Shown in pieces: positions 1-10,070 of a stretch of 64,000 nucleotides of DNA. The position numbers were made by a program, and so were the translations under genes. Position 1 is the stretch's first letter. Every line of letters begins with the position of its first letter. This DNA is from Spirochaetia bacterium (lineage in GTDB: Bacteria > Spirochaetota > Spirochaetia > SZUA-6 > Bin103), in NCBI GenBank assembly GCA_965199955.1, contig CBDATQ010000002.1, positions 32,001 through 96,000 of the forward strand. The letters run 5' to 3'. Under the pieces are notes generated by a model. It had not been told where the DNA came from, searched no databases, and saw nothing but the letters and a program-made list of their open reading frames with translations.

Positions 1-1617
1 ACCGGCCTGGGCGACGGCGGCGGCGGACCGAGCGAAGCGGAGGCCGAGCGCGCGCGGCGCTTCCGGGACCTCGCCGGCGCCCCGCGCCACGCCTGGCGGA
101 CCAGCGCCTGCTTCTTCGCGGAGCTTGCACGGGTGCGCGACCGCCTGCCGGTCTTCCAGGGCGAGCTCTACATGGAGGCGCACCGCGGCGTGCTCACCTC
201 GCAGGCCGAGTACAAGCGGCTCTACCGGGCGTGCGAGGTGGCGCTGCAGACCCGTGAGGCGCTGCGCGTGGCCGACGGCGGCGCACCGCTCGGCGAGCAG
301 GCGTGGCTGCGCGTGCTGTTCGGACAGTTCCACGACGCCCTTCCCGGCAGCTCGATCGCCCGTGTGTATGAAGACCTGGAGGCCGAGTTCGCCCGCATCC
401 TGTCCCGCGAAGAAGAGGCCACGGCGGCCGAGCTGGCGAACGGCGGCGACGCCGTCGCGTTCAACCCGCTGCCCGTCCACCGCCGCGTGTACCTGGCCGA
501 TCGCGACCTGCTCCTGGACCTGCCGCCGCTCGGCACCGCCCCGCTGGCCGAGGCGCCCGGCAGCCACGCCGCCGTGGCAGCAGAGCCGACGCGGCTCGAC
601 AACGGCATCGTGCAGGCTTCGTTCGACGTCGACGGCCAGCTCGCCGGCCTGGCCGTCGACGGCCGGCGCCTGGAGCTGAACGGCGCAGCCGGCCTGCGGC
701 TCGGCCACGACGACCCGCACAACTACGACGCCTGGGAGATCGACCACTACACGGCGGCCACCATGACACCGGTCGCCGACCGCCTGCGGCTCGCCGCCGG
801 GCATCGCGGGCGGCGCGAGATGCTTGCGGCCCACGCGGCCATCGGCGACTCCAGCCGGGCGACGGTCCGCTACCTGCTCGACCCCGGCAGCCGCTGGCTG
901 CTGATCGAGGTCGACGTCGACTGGCAGGAGGAGCACCGGCTGCTCCGCTACCACCTGCCTACCGGCTACCGCGGCCGCACCGCCACCTTCGGCGCACCGT
1001 TCGGCTCGATCGAGCGCCCGCAGCTTCCCGGCCGGCCGGAAGACGAGGCGATGTGGGAGGTGGCCGGCAGCCGCTGGGCCGCCGTGCACGACGACGACGG
1101 AACCGGTCTGGCGGTCCTGACCGAGGCCAAGTACGGGTTCCACTGCTTCGACGGCGAACTGGGGGTGTCGCTGCTGAAGGCCGCCAGGCACCCGGATCCG
1201 GCGGCCGATGTCGGCCGCCACACGATCCGCTTCGCTGTGGGACGGCACGAGCCCGCGACGCTCGGCGCCGGCCCGGACGCGGTGCTGTCGACGGCATGCG
1301 CCGCCGACGCGCTCTTCGCTCCGGTGCCGATGACCGGATCAGGCGCCGCGCGGCCCTCGCCGTTCGTGTTGGAGCAACCGGGGTCGCTGTGCCCGGCCTG
1401 GGTCCTGCCCAGCGAGACCGGCCGCGGCTACGTCATCCGGTTGCACGAGACGGCCGGCCGGCGGGGCACTGCGAAGCTCCGCCTTGCCCGTCCCGCCGAA
1501 CAGGTCACACTGGTGGACTTCCGCGAGCAGGAGCGCGGCGCGCCGAGGCAGCTCGACGAGACGACCTGCGCCATCGACTACGCCCCATACCAGGTCGTCA
1601 GCATCCTGGTGCGGTGA
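1..1617 (+). CDS. Alpha-mannosidase, glycoside hydrolase family 38 (5' partial)
   Basis: Frame is open from base 1 (TGLGDGGGGP). GELYMEAHRGVLTSQ, DAWEID, VDWQEEHRLLRYHLP, WEVAGSRWAAV, EAKYG and IRLHETAG match GH38 middle and C-terminal domains. Confidence 0.93.
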   Translation, partial: TGLGDGGGGPSEAEAERARRFRDLAGAPRHAWRTSACFFAELARVRDRLPVFQGELYMEAHRGVLTSQAEYKRLYRACEVALQTREALRVADGGAPLGEQAWLRVLFGQFHDALPGSSIARVYEDLEAEFARILSREEEATAAELANGGDAVAFNPLPVHRRVYLADRDLLLDLPPLGTAPLAEAPGSHAAVAAEPTRLDNGIVQASFDVDGQLAGLAVDGRRLELNGAAGLRLGHDDPHNYDAWEIDHYTAATMTPVADRLRLAAGHRGRREMLAAHAAIGDSSRATVRYLLDPGSRWLLIEVDVDWQEEHRLLRYHLPTGYRGRTATFGAPFGSIERPQLPGRPEDEAMWEVAGSRWAAVHDDDGTGLAVLTEAKYGFHCFDGELGVSLLKAARHPDPAADVGRHTIRFAVGRHEPATLGAGPDAVLSTACAADALFAPVPMTGSGAARPSPFVLEQPGSLCPAWVLPSETGRGYVIRLHETAGRRGTAKLRLARPAEQVTLVDFREQERGAPRQLDETTCAIDYAPYQVVSILVR

Positions 1618-1687
1618 TCCTGACTCCAGCACTGGGGAGACGATAGACCGGCCGGGGGACGTTGGGGTCGAGGTTCGGTGATGAGAG

Positions 1688-1716
1688 TTGGAGCTTGAGC
1701 GGTCAGAGAGTACACT
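1688..1716 (+). promoter_or_regulatory. Putative sigma70 promoter TTGGAG-N17-TACACT
   Basis: Hexamers are spaced exactly 17 nt apart, upstream of the AAGGAG RBS and ATG 1749. Confidence 0.45.
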
Positions 1717-1748
1717 GCAGCAACCTGCCGAGAAGGAGCTCTCTTCCG

Positions 1749-3458
1749 ATGACAAAACTACGAACGCTGACTTTGGCGGCAGCAGCCGTCCTCACGCTGG
1801 CCTCCACGGCCGGCGCCGATCGCGGCACCGACGGCGAGCTGAAGATGCTCTACTGGCAGGCGCCGTCCATCCTCAACCCGTACCTGTCGGGCGGCACCAA
1901 GGACATCCACGCGGCCTCGCTGATCCTGGAGCCGCTGGCGCGCTACGACGAGAACGGGGGCATGGTGCCGTGGCTGGCCGCCGGGATTCCCACGCTCGAC
2001 AACGGCGGGGTGGCGCAGGACCTGATGTCGATCACCTGGACGCTGCGCGACGACGTGGTGTGGTCCGACGGCACGCCGTTCACGGCGGAGGACGTCGCCT
2101 TCACGGCGGCCTACTGCATGGACCCGACGGGCGGCTGCAGATCGGCCGCCGCGTTCCAGGGGGTCGCCGGCGTCGAGGCGGTCGACGCGCACACCCTGCG
2201 GATCGATTTCGATGGGCCGATGCCGTTCCCGTACGCGCCGTTCGTCGGCTCGATCGTTCCGGTGCTGCAGAAGCGGCAGTTCGAAGACTGCACGGGCGCC
2301 CGGGCGCCGGAGTGCACGGACCAGAACTTCGCGCCTGTCGGCACCGGCCCGTTCATGGTGGACGAGTTCCGCCCCAACGACGTGGTGCGTTACGTCGTCA
2401 ACGAGCGCTACCGCAACGCCGATCAGCCGGTCTTCTCCTCGGTCCTGCTCAAGGGCGGCGGAGACGCCGTGTCGGCTGCCCGCGCGGTGCTGGTGACCGG
2501 TGAGTTCGACTACGCCTGGAACCTGCAGGTCGAGCCGGAGATCCTGGCCGACATGGAGCAGGAGGGCAGGGGCGAGGTGATCACCGCGTTCGGGACCCTG
2601 GTCGAGCGCCTGGTGATCAACAAGACCAATCCCGACTCGTCGCTCGGCGACACCCGCTCCACCCACCAGGACGGCGCCAACCCGCACCCGTTCCTGTCCG
2701 ATCCGGTGGTGGTGCGCGCCCTGTCTCTGGCCATCGACCGGGAGATCCTGGTCGACGCCGGCTACGGTGCCGCGGGACGGGTGACGTGCAACATCCTCCC
2801 CGCGCCGCTGGTGTATGCATCGACCGCCAACGACTGGTGCATGACGCAGGATGTCGAGGAGGCCAACCGGCTCCTGGACGAGGCTGGCTGGGAGCGGGGC
2901 CGGGACGGCGTTCGCGCCAAGGACGGCGTGCGTCTGTCGATTCTCTACCAGACTTCGACCAACTCGGTCCGCCAGGGCACCCAGGCGCTGATCAAGCAGA
3001 TGTGGCGGGAGATCGGCGTGGAGACCGAGCTGCGCAACATCAGCGCATCGGTGTTCTTCGGCAGCGATCCGGCCAGCCCCGACACCTACCAGAAGTTCTA
3101 CGCGGACATCCAGATGTACACCAGCAACTTCGACGGCACCGACCCGCAGGCCTACATGGCCGGATGGATCTGCGACAAGATCCCGGGGCCGGACAACCAG
3201 TGGAACGACAGCAACATCTCCCGCTACTGCAACCCGGAGTACGACGCGCTGTCGGCGGAGTTTGCCGAGACGGCCGGGATCGAGCAGCGTGCGGAGATCG
3301 CCAAGCGGATGAACGACCTGTTGATCGCCGACGGAGTCATAGTCCCCCTGATCGACCGTGGCGAGGTCGCCGCACGGGCGCTCTCGCTCGGCGGGGTCCG
3401 GCACAACGTCTGGGACGCCACCCTGTGGAACATCAACGAGTGGCATCGTACCGAGTGA
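1749..3458 (+). CDS. Peptide/nickel-type (family 5) ABC transporter substrate-binding protein
   Basis: Signal peptide MTKLRTLTLAAAAVL..AGA; ITWTLRDDVVWSDGTPFTAEDVAFT family-5 signature; GTGPF; AAGGAG RBS before ATG 1749. Confidence 0.95.
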   Translation: MTKLRTLTLAAAAVLTLASTAGADRGTDGELKMLYWQAPSILNPYLSGGTKDIHAASLILEPLARYDENGGMVPWLAAGIPTLDNGGVAQDLMSITWTLRDDVVWSDGTPFTAEDVAFTAAYCMDPTGGCRSAAAFQGVAGVEAVDAHTLRIDFDGPMPFPYAPFVGSIVPVLQKRQFEDCTGARAPECTDQNFAPVGTGPFMVDEFRPNDVVRYVVNERYRNADQPVFSSVLLKGGGDAVSAARAVLVTGEFDYAWNLQVEPEILADMEQEGRGEVITAFGTLVERLVINKTNPDSSLGDTRSTHQDGANPHPFLSDPVVVRALSLAIDREILVDAGYGAAGRVTCNILPAPLVYASTANDWCMTQDVEEANRLLDEAGWERGRDGVRAKDGVRLSILYQTSTNSVRQGTQALIKQMWREIGVETELRNISASVFFGSDPASPDTYQKFYADIQMYTSNFDGTDPQAYMAGWICDKIPGPDNQWNDSNISRYCNPEYDALSAEFAETAGIEQRAEIAKRMNDLLIADGVIVPLIDRGEVAARALSLGGVRHNVWDATLWNINEWHRTE

Positions 3459-3484
3459 GGTGACCTGGGCCGCCCACCCCCGGC

Positions 3485-4498
3485 ATGTTGCGTTACGCGA
3501 TCCGGCGTCTGCTGTTCGCCGTGCCGACGCTGTTGGCGATCAGCTTCATCGTGTTCGCCCTGCTGGACCTGGCGCCCGGTGACCCGACCGCCCAGCTTCC
3601 GCTGACGATTCCGCCGGAGGTGCGCGAGCAGATCCGGCAGAGCCTGGGGATCGGCCAGCCGTTTCCGGTGCGCTACCTGCGCTGGTTGCAGCAGTTCCTG
3701 GTGAACGAGCCGCTCAACCTGCTGGAGGCGGTGATCGGCGCCGAGATCGGCGACTCCGGCGCGCGCCTGCGGGTGCGTTCCTGGGCGACCCGCTCACCGG
3801 TGGTGGACCTGGTCGCCGAGCGGGTGCCGCAGACGCTGACCGTGGTAGGCATCTCCTACCTGGTCGCCGTGCTGATCGCGGTGCCGGTCGGGGTGCTGTC
3901 CGCCTACCGCCAGCACTCGATCTTCGACCGGCTGGGGACCGTGGTGACGATGATCGGCTTCTCGGTGCCGACCTTCTTCACCGGGACCGTGCTGATCGTG
4001 ATCTTCAGCGCATCGCTCGGCTGGCTCCCGTCGATCTACGACACCACCCACCGGGTGACCGACCTGGACAGCCTGGTCTACCAAGTGAAGCAGATGATCA
4101 TGCCGGTTCTGGTGTTGGCCCTGTTCAATGCCGCGCAGATCAGCCGCTTCACGCGCTCGGCGGTGCTGGACACCATCCACCAGGAGTACGTGCGCACCGC
4201 CCGCGCCAAGGGGCTCACCGAGCGCGTCGTGGTCCTCATCCACGTGCTGCGCAACAGCATGATCCCGGTGGTCACCGTGATCGCGCTGGGCATTCCCGCG
4301 ACCTTCGCCGGAGCGGTCATCACCGAGCAGATCTTCCGCATCAACGGCATCGGCGCACTGCTGATCGGTGCGATCGAGGGGGCGGACATCCCCACCGTGC
4401 AGACGGTGACCTTCCTCTTCGCGGTGCTGATCGTGACGTTCAACCTGGTCGCGGATCTGCTGTACGGCGTGCTGGACCCGCGCATCCGCTATGACTGA
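3485..4498 (+). CDS. Peptide-type ABC transporter permease (DppB/OppB-like)
   Basis: MLRYAIRRLL..APGDP N-terminus, EAA loop EYVRTARAKGL, C-terminal LDPRIRYD. Confidence 0.95.
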   Translation: MLRYAIRRLLFAVPTLLAISFIVFALLDLAPGDPTAQLPLTIPPEVREQIRQSLGIGQPFPVRYLRWLQQFLVNEPLNLLEAVIGAEIGDSGARLRVRSWATRSPVVDLVAERVPQTLTVVGISYLVAVLIAVPVGVLSAYRQHSIFDRLGTVVTMIGFSVPTFFTGTVLIVIFSASLGWLPSIYDTTHRVTDLDSLVYQVKQMIMPVLVLALFNAAQISRFTRSAVLDTIHQEYVRTARAKGLTERVVVLIHVLRNSMIPVVTVIALGIPATFAGAVITEQIFRINGIGALLIGAIEGADIPTVQTVTFLFAVLIVTFNLVADLLYGVLDPRIRYD

Positions 4499-5375
4499 GG
4501 CGGTCCGTTCCCGGGCCGCCAGCCGGCTGCGGCGCCACTCCGGAACGATCGCGGGCGCCGCGGTGTTGTCCCTGATCGCGCTGGCGGTGCTGTTCGGGCC
4601 GGCCGTCCACGACGTCGATCCCCAGTACCTGGACTACCGGGCCAAGAACCAGGGCCCGACCCTGGAGCACCCGCTGGGCACCGACAACCTGGGCCGCGAC
4701 ACGCTGGCGCAGTTGCTGGCCGGCGGGCGCATCTCCCTGGCCGTCGGCATGGCCGCGATGCTGCTGTCGTTGACGCTCGGCACGATGGTGGGAGTCACCG
4801 CCGGCTACTTCCACCGGTTCGACGGCCCGCTCATGCGGTTGACCGACCTGTTTCTGGCGTTGCCCGTGCTGCCGCTGCTGCTGGTCACGATGATGCTGTT
4901 CCGAGACCCGCTGCAGTCCGCGCTGGGCACGGAGGCCGGCATCTTCATCCTGATCGTGGCCGTCATCGGCATCACGAGCTGGATGCAGACCGCGCGCATC
5001 GTCCGCGGGCAGGTGCTCGCCATCAAGCAGTGGGAGTACGTGGTGGCCGCGCGCACCATCGGCGCGCGGCCGCTGCGCATCATCCTGCTGCACATCTTTC
5101 CGAACGCCTTGAGCCCCATCGTCGTGGCGGCCACGCTCGGCATCGCGCAGGCGATCATCACGGAGAGCGCGCTGAGCTTCCTGGGCCTGGGGTTTCCGTC
5201 CGACTTCCCGACCTGGGGCCGGCTGCTCTACGACGGCGTGCCGTTCCTGACCCTCACGCCGGCGCGCGTGATCTGGCCGGGAGTGGCGATCTCGCTCACC
5301 GTGCTGAGCGTCAACTACCTTGGCGACGGACTGCGCGACGCGATGGACCCGCACGCCAACTTCGGCGGCGGCTGA
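4491..5375 (+). CDS. Peptide-type ABC transporter permease (DppC/OppC-like)
   Basis: HPLGTDNLGRD, EYVVAARTIGA, ESALSFLGLG, GDGLRDAMDP; overlaps the previous stop. Confidence 0.95.
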   Translation: MTEAVRSRAASRLRRHSGTIAGAAVLSLIALAVLFGPAVHDVDPQYLDYRAKNQGPTLEHPLGTDNLGRDTLAQLLAGGRISLAVGMAAMLLSLTLGTMVGVTAGYFHRFDGPLMRLTDLFLALPVLPLLLVTMMLFRDPLQSALGTEAGIFILIVAVIGITSWMQTARIVRGQVLAIKQWEYVVAARTIGARPLRIILLHIFPNALSPIVVAATLGIAQAIITESALSFLGLGFPSDFPTWGRLLYDGVPFLTLTPARVIWPGVAISLTVLSVNYLGDGLRDAMDPHANFGGG

Positions 5376-5376
5376 G

Positions 5377-6696
5377 TCAGGCGGTGGACTGGTAGAAGGC
5401 CATGCTGGCGTAGCTGACCAGCGAGCCGGTGTCCGGCTGGCGGTTCTGGCCGTAGGCGAGCAGGGTGCCGTGGCGTGCGCCTCCGTCCAGCAGCGGGTAC
5501 AGGGAGTACAGACCGGACACGGCATCCACGTTGCGGTTATTGCCGCTGGCGGAGAACGAACGCGTGAAGCCGTCCGGGTCGAACCGCTGCGCGTAGTCCA
5601 GCAGGGAGCGATCGGCCTGCTCGCAGGCCGCGGCGCCAGCGTCGTCCACGCGGTCGGCGCCGCCGAACTTGGGGCCGATGTGCGCCAAGTCCACGCTGAG
5701 CAGGTACAGCGCGCGCTTGCCGCTGGCGGCGACCGCCTCGCGTAGAGCCGCAAGCTCGCCTGCGACCTCCGGCGCCTGCAGCGGGTCGGAGCCGTCGAGC
5801 AGGTACGGGTCGACGCTGCCGAGCAGCACCGGCACCACCTCGTACGGCGGCAGGTCGGCGCGTGTCTCGGTGTAGTGCAGGAACAGCAACGGGAACTCCA
5901 CCGAGTGCTCGGTGCGGTGCAGGGCCTGCCGGTCGGTGACGTCGCGGCCGGCGCGGCGCGACCACTCCTCGATCACGCCGCGGCCGGTCGGCGCCTGGCC
6001 GAACGGGGTCGCGTAGTCCTTGTCGGTCGCGATCGCGAACCCCGCGCCCGGCTCCACGCCAGCGTGGTGGGCGACGCCCAGGATGACGTAGAGCTCGATG
6101 GGCTCGGGATCACGCGCCGCGGCAGCCAGCGCCGCGAAAGCCGGCGGATAGATTGCGCCGCCTGCCCGCAGGTCGATGTGCGGGCACATCACGGCCGCCA
6201 GGCATGGTGCGTCCGCGGGCGCAGCCGGGACCGCCGCGGGCTCCATGGACTTGGGGATCGCCGTCTTGGCCTCGACGCAGAACCGGTCGAACATCGCGGC
6301 CAGCTCGCCCGCATCGTCCGGGTACGACTTGCCGGCGTGCCAGGCAGGCCGCACCGTGGCGCGGGCGAACTCCTCCGACACGCGGGCGATGCGCTCGGCC
6401 GCCGCCCGATCGTGCAGGAAGCAGCCGCGGCTCAGCGTGCGCAGCAGCCGGTGGATCTCCGCCGTGTCGATGTCGGCGCCGGGGAGCCGCTCCCGCAGCA
6501 CTTGGCGGACTTGGCCCATCGAGTGCCTCCCATCCAGGCAGGACAGGATCAGCAGCCCCGCGGCGCCGAGCATGATCGGCTGCGGGGCGAACTCCTGCGG
6601 GTCGAGCACGTAGAACGCGCGGGAGCCGTCGTGATCGACGGGGATCACGTCGACGTGACGGACCCGTGGCAGCGGCGGATCGATGGTGTAGCGCAC
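5377..6696 (-). CDS. amrB: AmmeMemoRadiSam system protein B (MEMO1 family) with N-terminal PqqD/winged-helix-like extension
   Basis: VRPAWHAGKSYP, PHID, ILGVAH, ATPFG, EHSVEFPLLFL, SVDLAHIGPKFG, VSYASMAF. Start taken at GTG 6696; the ORF track extends to 6762. Confidence 0.85.
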   Translation of the reverse strand: MRYTIDPPLPRVRHVDVIPVDHDGSRAFYVLDPQEFAPQPIMLGAAGLLILSCLDGRHSMGQVRQVLRERLPGADIDTAEIHRLLRTLSRGCFLHDRAAAERIARVSEEFARATVRPAWHAGKSYPDDAGELAAMFDRFCVEAKTAIPKSMEPAAVPAAPADAPCLAAVMCPHIDLRAGGAIYPPAFAALAAAARDPEPIELYVILGVAHHAGVEPGAGFAIATDKDYATPFGQAPTGRGVIEEWSRRAGRDVTDRQALHRTEHSVEFPLLFLHYTETRADLPPYEVVPVLLGSVDPYLLDGSDPLQAPEVAGELAALREAVAASGKRALYLLSVDLAHIGPKFGGADRVDDAGAAACEQADRSLLDYAQRFDPDGFTRSFSASGNNRNVDAVSGLYSLYPLLDGGARHGTLLAYGQNRQPDTGSLVSYASMAFYQSTA

Positions 6697-6746
6697 GTGT
6701 GGATTTTCCCGGTCGGAGAGCACGGTACTGAAGTATACTTGGGCGG

Positions 6747-7910
6747 ATGCCAGAACCCTCACAACCCGCTGGCGAGGTCGTGAAAGCCGGCCCGGTCCCG
6801 GCGCAGGGACGGATCACGCATCTCGATGCGCTGCGCGGCGTCGCCGTGTTGGGCATCCTGGTGATGAACGCCGTCTCATACGGCCTCGAACCGGCCGCCT
6901 ACTTCAACCTCAGCGCGGCCAACTCGACGCCGCTCGACTGGATAATCGGCGTTCTGGGCGAGATCGCCGTCGACCAGAAGTTCATGGGCATCTTCTCCAT
7001 CCTGTTCGGCGCTGGGATCGTCCTGTTCTCCGACCGAGCGGCCGACAAGGGAGCCGGCGCGGGCCGGCTCAGCCTGTGGCGCAATCTCCTGCTGTTGGGC
7101 ATCGGCGTGCTGCACATGGCGTTGTGGGACGGCGACATCCTGGTGGTCTACGCCGTCGCCGCACCGTTCCTGATCCTCGCTCGGCGGCTGCCGCCGCGGC
7201 TGCTGTTCGGCGCAGGCGCGGGAATCTATCTCGTCGCTCCCATCCTCAGCGCCCTGTTCCAGACCGGAATCGACGCCGGCGGGCGGCCGTTGGGCGAGAT
7301 CTGGCTCAGCGAGGGAGACACGTCCGATGCCATCTGGTTCTTTCTCGGCTTTCATGCACTCCTGCGCGCCACGGGGATGATGCTGATCGGCGTTGCGCTC
7401 TACCGCACGGGCGTGCTTTCCGGGCAGCGTGCGCGCGGGTGGTATCGGCGAATGGCGTTCCTCGGGCTCGGCGTCGGTCTGCCCCTCGCGGGGCTCGGTG
7501 TGCTGATCGGCGTGCGCAACGACTTTGCGCCGAATACCGCGCTGCTCTCGATGATCCCCAACACGCTCGGGACGATTCCGGCCTCGCTGGGCTGGATCGC
7601 GCTGATCATCCTCTGGAACATGCGAGCGCCGACCGCCCTGCACGGCCGCGTTCGGGCGCTGGGGCAGATGGCGCTGACCAACTACCTCACGCAGACCGTC
7701 CTGGGCATCCTGGCTTTGCGGGTGGCTTTGGGCGGTGTCGACCTGACCCGTACGGCCGTCCTTGGCTTCATCCTCGCGGTGTGGGCCTTGCAGCTCTGGT
7801 GGTCGCAGGCGTGGCTCACCCGGTTCCGTTTCGGACCATGCGAATGGCTCTGGCGCGTCGCGACCTATCGGCGCATGCAGCCGCTGCGCCGCGGAGCTAT
7901 CCCGACTTGA
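6747..7910 (+). CDS. DUF418 (YeiB-like) membrane protein
   Basis: RITHLDALRGVAVLGILVMN, KFMGIFSILFGAG, WDGDILVVYA, GQMALTNYLTQT, FRFGPCEWLWR; multiple TM segments. Confidence 0.92.
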   Translation: MPEPSQPAGEVVKAGPVPAQGRITHLDALRGVAVLGILVMNAVSYGLEPAAYFNLSAANSTPLDWIIGVLGEIAVDQKFMGIFSILFGAGIVLFSDRAADKGAGAGRLSLWRNLLLLGIGVLHMALWDGDILVVYAVAAPFLILARRLPPRLLFGAGAGIYLVAPILSALFQTGIDAGGRPLGEIWLSEGDTSDAIWFFLGFHALLRATGMMLIGVALYRTGVLSGQRARGWYRRMAFLGLGVGLPLAGLGVLIGVRNDFAPNTALLSMIPNTLGTIPASLGWIALIILWNMRAPTALHGRVRALGQMALTNYLTQTVLGILALRVALGGVDLTRTAVLGFILAVWALQLWWSQAWLTRFRFGPCEWLWRVATYRRMQPLRRGAIPT

Positions 7911-8934
7911 GGTAGGGGATGCCGCTCGCCCTCGGCGCGACGGCGCGGCCGACGAAGCCGGCCAGCAGGAGCACGACCAGGGCGTAGGGCAGCGCCTCGA
8001 TCACGAACGGGGCCGCCGCCACCAGCGCCCTCACCGCACCGGCGGTGCCCTGCAGGTCGAACGCGCCCTGCAGCCGGGCGGCCAGGGCCTCCAGGAACCC
8101 GAACAGCAGGCAGGCCACCAGCGTGCGGCCCGGGCGCCACTTGCCGAAGATCAGGGCGGCCAGCGCGATGAACCCCTTGCCGGCGGTCATGTCGCGGATG
8201 AACGCCGCGGACTGCGCGGTGGCCAGGTAGGCGCCGGCCGCGCCGCACAGCGCTCCGCACAGCAGCACGGCGCGGTAGCGGATCGCGGCCACCGAGATGC
8301 CGGCGGTGTCAACCGCTTCGGGGTTTTCGCCCACCGCACGCAACCGCAGCCCGAAGCGGGTCCGGTAGATCACCCAGAACGCGGCCGGCACGGTCAGGAA
8401 TGCCGCATACACCAGGATGTTGTGGCCGGACAGCATCTCGCCGTACAGGTGGCCGATGACCGGCACCTCCTGCACCGCCTCGGCGCCCGGCCATGTCACC
8501 GGCCGGAACCGCCCCTCCGGCGGGAGCTGCGGCGTCCGCCCCCCTTGTCCGAACCAGGCGCTGGCCAGCAGCACGGTGAGGCCGGCGACGAGGATGTTGA
8601 TCGCCACGCCGGAGACGATCTGGTTGCCGTGGAAGCGGACGCACGCCACGCCGTGCAACAGCGCCAGCAGCATCGCGCAGGCGATGCCGGCCGCCAGCCC
8701 CACCCACGCCGCCGCCGGCAGCAGGGCCGTCAACCCCGCGGCCGCAAGCAGGTCCGAACACACGTACGACGCGGCGGCCGCCGCGAACGCGCCGCCGAGC
8801 ATCTTGCCCTCCAGCCCGATGTCGACGATCCCCGACCGCTCGGAGAACAGCCCCGCCAGAGACGCCAGCACCAAGGGCACCGACACCCGCAACGTGGCGT
8901 CCAGCAGCAGGACGAAGAACCCGAACCCTTCCAT
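7897..8934 (-). CDS. Nucleoside/simple-sugar ABC transporter permease
   Basis: GLFSERSGIVDIGLEGKML, RTRFGLRLRAVGENP, GKGFIALAALIFGKWRP. Confidence 0.93.
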   Translation of the reverse strand: MEGFGFFVLLLDATLRVSVPLVLASLAGLFSERSGIVDIGLEGKMLGGAFAAAAASYVCSDLLAAAGLTALLPAAAWVGLAAGIACAMLLALLHGVACVRFHGNQIVSGVAINILVAGLTVLLASAWFGQGGRTPQLPPEGRFRPVTWPGAEAVQEVPVIGHLYGEMLSGHNILVYAAFLTVPAAFWVIYRTRFGLRLRAVGENPEAVDTAGISVAAIRYRAVLLCGALCGAAGAYLATAQSAAFIRDMTAGKGFIALAALIFGKWRPGRTLVACLLFGFLEALAARLQGAFDLQGTAGAVRALVAAAPFVIEALPYALVVLLLAGFVGRAVAPRASGIPYLKSG

Positions 8935-8937
8935 CCG

Positions 8938-10056
8938 CTACGGCTCCGCGGCGGCCCGCCGGCGGCCGCGCAGCCAGGGGAGCAGCACCGGACGGAACAG
9001 GTACTCCAAAGCCCCCACGAACAGGATCACCAGGCCCTGGATCACCACCACCAGCTCGCGGCTCACCTTCGGCATCTCGAACGCCAGCTCGGCGCCCCCC
9101 TGGTACAGAGCCCCGAACAGCAGGCTGGCGACCACGATCCCCAGCGGGTGGTTGCGGCCCATCAGGGAGACGGCGATGCCCACGAACCCGTAGCCGGCGG
9201 TGAAGTTGAGCAGCAACCGGTGGCTGACGCCCATGACCTCGTTCAGCCCCATCATCCCGGCGAGCGCCCCGGAGATCGCCATCGCGCGGACGATGTTCCG
9301 CGACGGCGAGATCCCGGCGTAGACCGCGGCGTCGCTGTTGGCTCCCACGGTCCGCAGCTCGTAGCCCCAGCGCGTGTGCCAGATGAAGATCCACACCAGG
9401 AGCCCACACACCAGCGCCCACGGAAACGCCATGTTGAGCGGCGTGCGCGGAAAGTCGATTCCCAGCCGGCCGAGGACCTCGTGCATCGCCGGCAGCCGGA
9501 CGTGCTCGGCGAAGGAGCGGCTCTGCGGAGACATCTGCCCGGGGTCGATCAGCACGTTCACCAGCAGGTAGACCATCAGCGTGGCGGCCAGGAAGTTGAA
9601 CATGATGGTGGTGATGACGATGTGCGAGCCGCGCCGCGCCTGCAGGTAGCCCGGCACCCACGCCCATACCGCCCCGAACAGGGCGCCGGCCGCGACCGCC
9701 AGGGGCAGCAGGACCACCAGCGGCAGGCCGTCCAGGAACAGGCACACCAGCCCGACGCCCAGGCCGCCCAGGTAGCCCTGGCCCTCGCCGCCGATGTTGA
9801 ACAGGCCGCAGTGCAGGGCGACCGACACGGCCAGCGCGGTGAAGATGAAGTTGGTGGCGTAGTACAGGGTGTAGCCCCACGCCTCGGGAAACCCGAACGC
9901 CCCGCGGGCCAGGACCGCCAGCGCCCGGGTGGGACTCTCGCCGATGATCAGGATGACGATGCCCGCCACCACGAAGGCGGCAAGCAGGTTGACGAGCGGC
10001 AGCACACCGTTGGCGGCCCAGCGCGGCAACCCCCCTTCCGGCACGCCGGCAGCCAC
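8938..10056 (-). CDS. Nucleoside/simple-sugar ABC transporter permease
   Basis: GLFNIGGEGQ, HIVITTIMFNF, TRWGYELRTVGAN, GFVGIAVSLMGRNHP. Confidence 0.93.
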   Translation of the reverse strand: MAAGVPEGGLPRWAANGVLPLVNLLAAFVVAGIVILIIGESPTRALAVLARGAFGFPEAWGYTLYYATNFIFTALAVSVALHCGLFNIGGEGQGYLGGLGVGLVCLFLDGLPLVVLLPLAVAAGALFGAVWAWVPGYLQARRGSHIVITTIMFNFLAATLMVYLLVNVLIDPGQMSPQSRSFAEHVRLPAMHEVLGRLGIDFPRTPLNMAFPWALVCGLLVWIFIWHTRWGYELRTVGANSDAAVYAGISPSRNIVRAMAISGALAGMMGLNEVMGVSHRLLLNFTAGYGFVGIAVSLMGRNHPLGIVVASLLFGALYQGGAELAFEMPKVSRELVVVIQGLVILFVGALEYLFRPVLLPWLRGRRRAAAEP

Positions 10057-10070
10057 GTCAGTCAGGCACC

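Noticed and set aside
5377..7910. RiPP biosynthetic cluster around the PqqD-like domain
   Set aside because: No credible precursor peptide, radical SAM or YcaO gene nearby.
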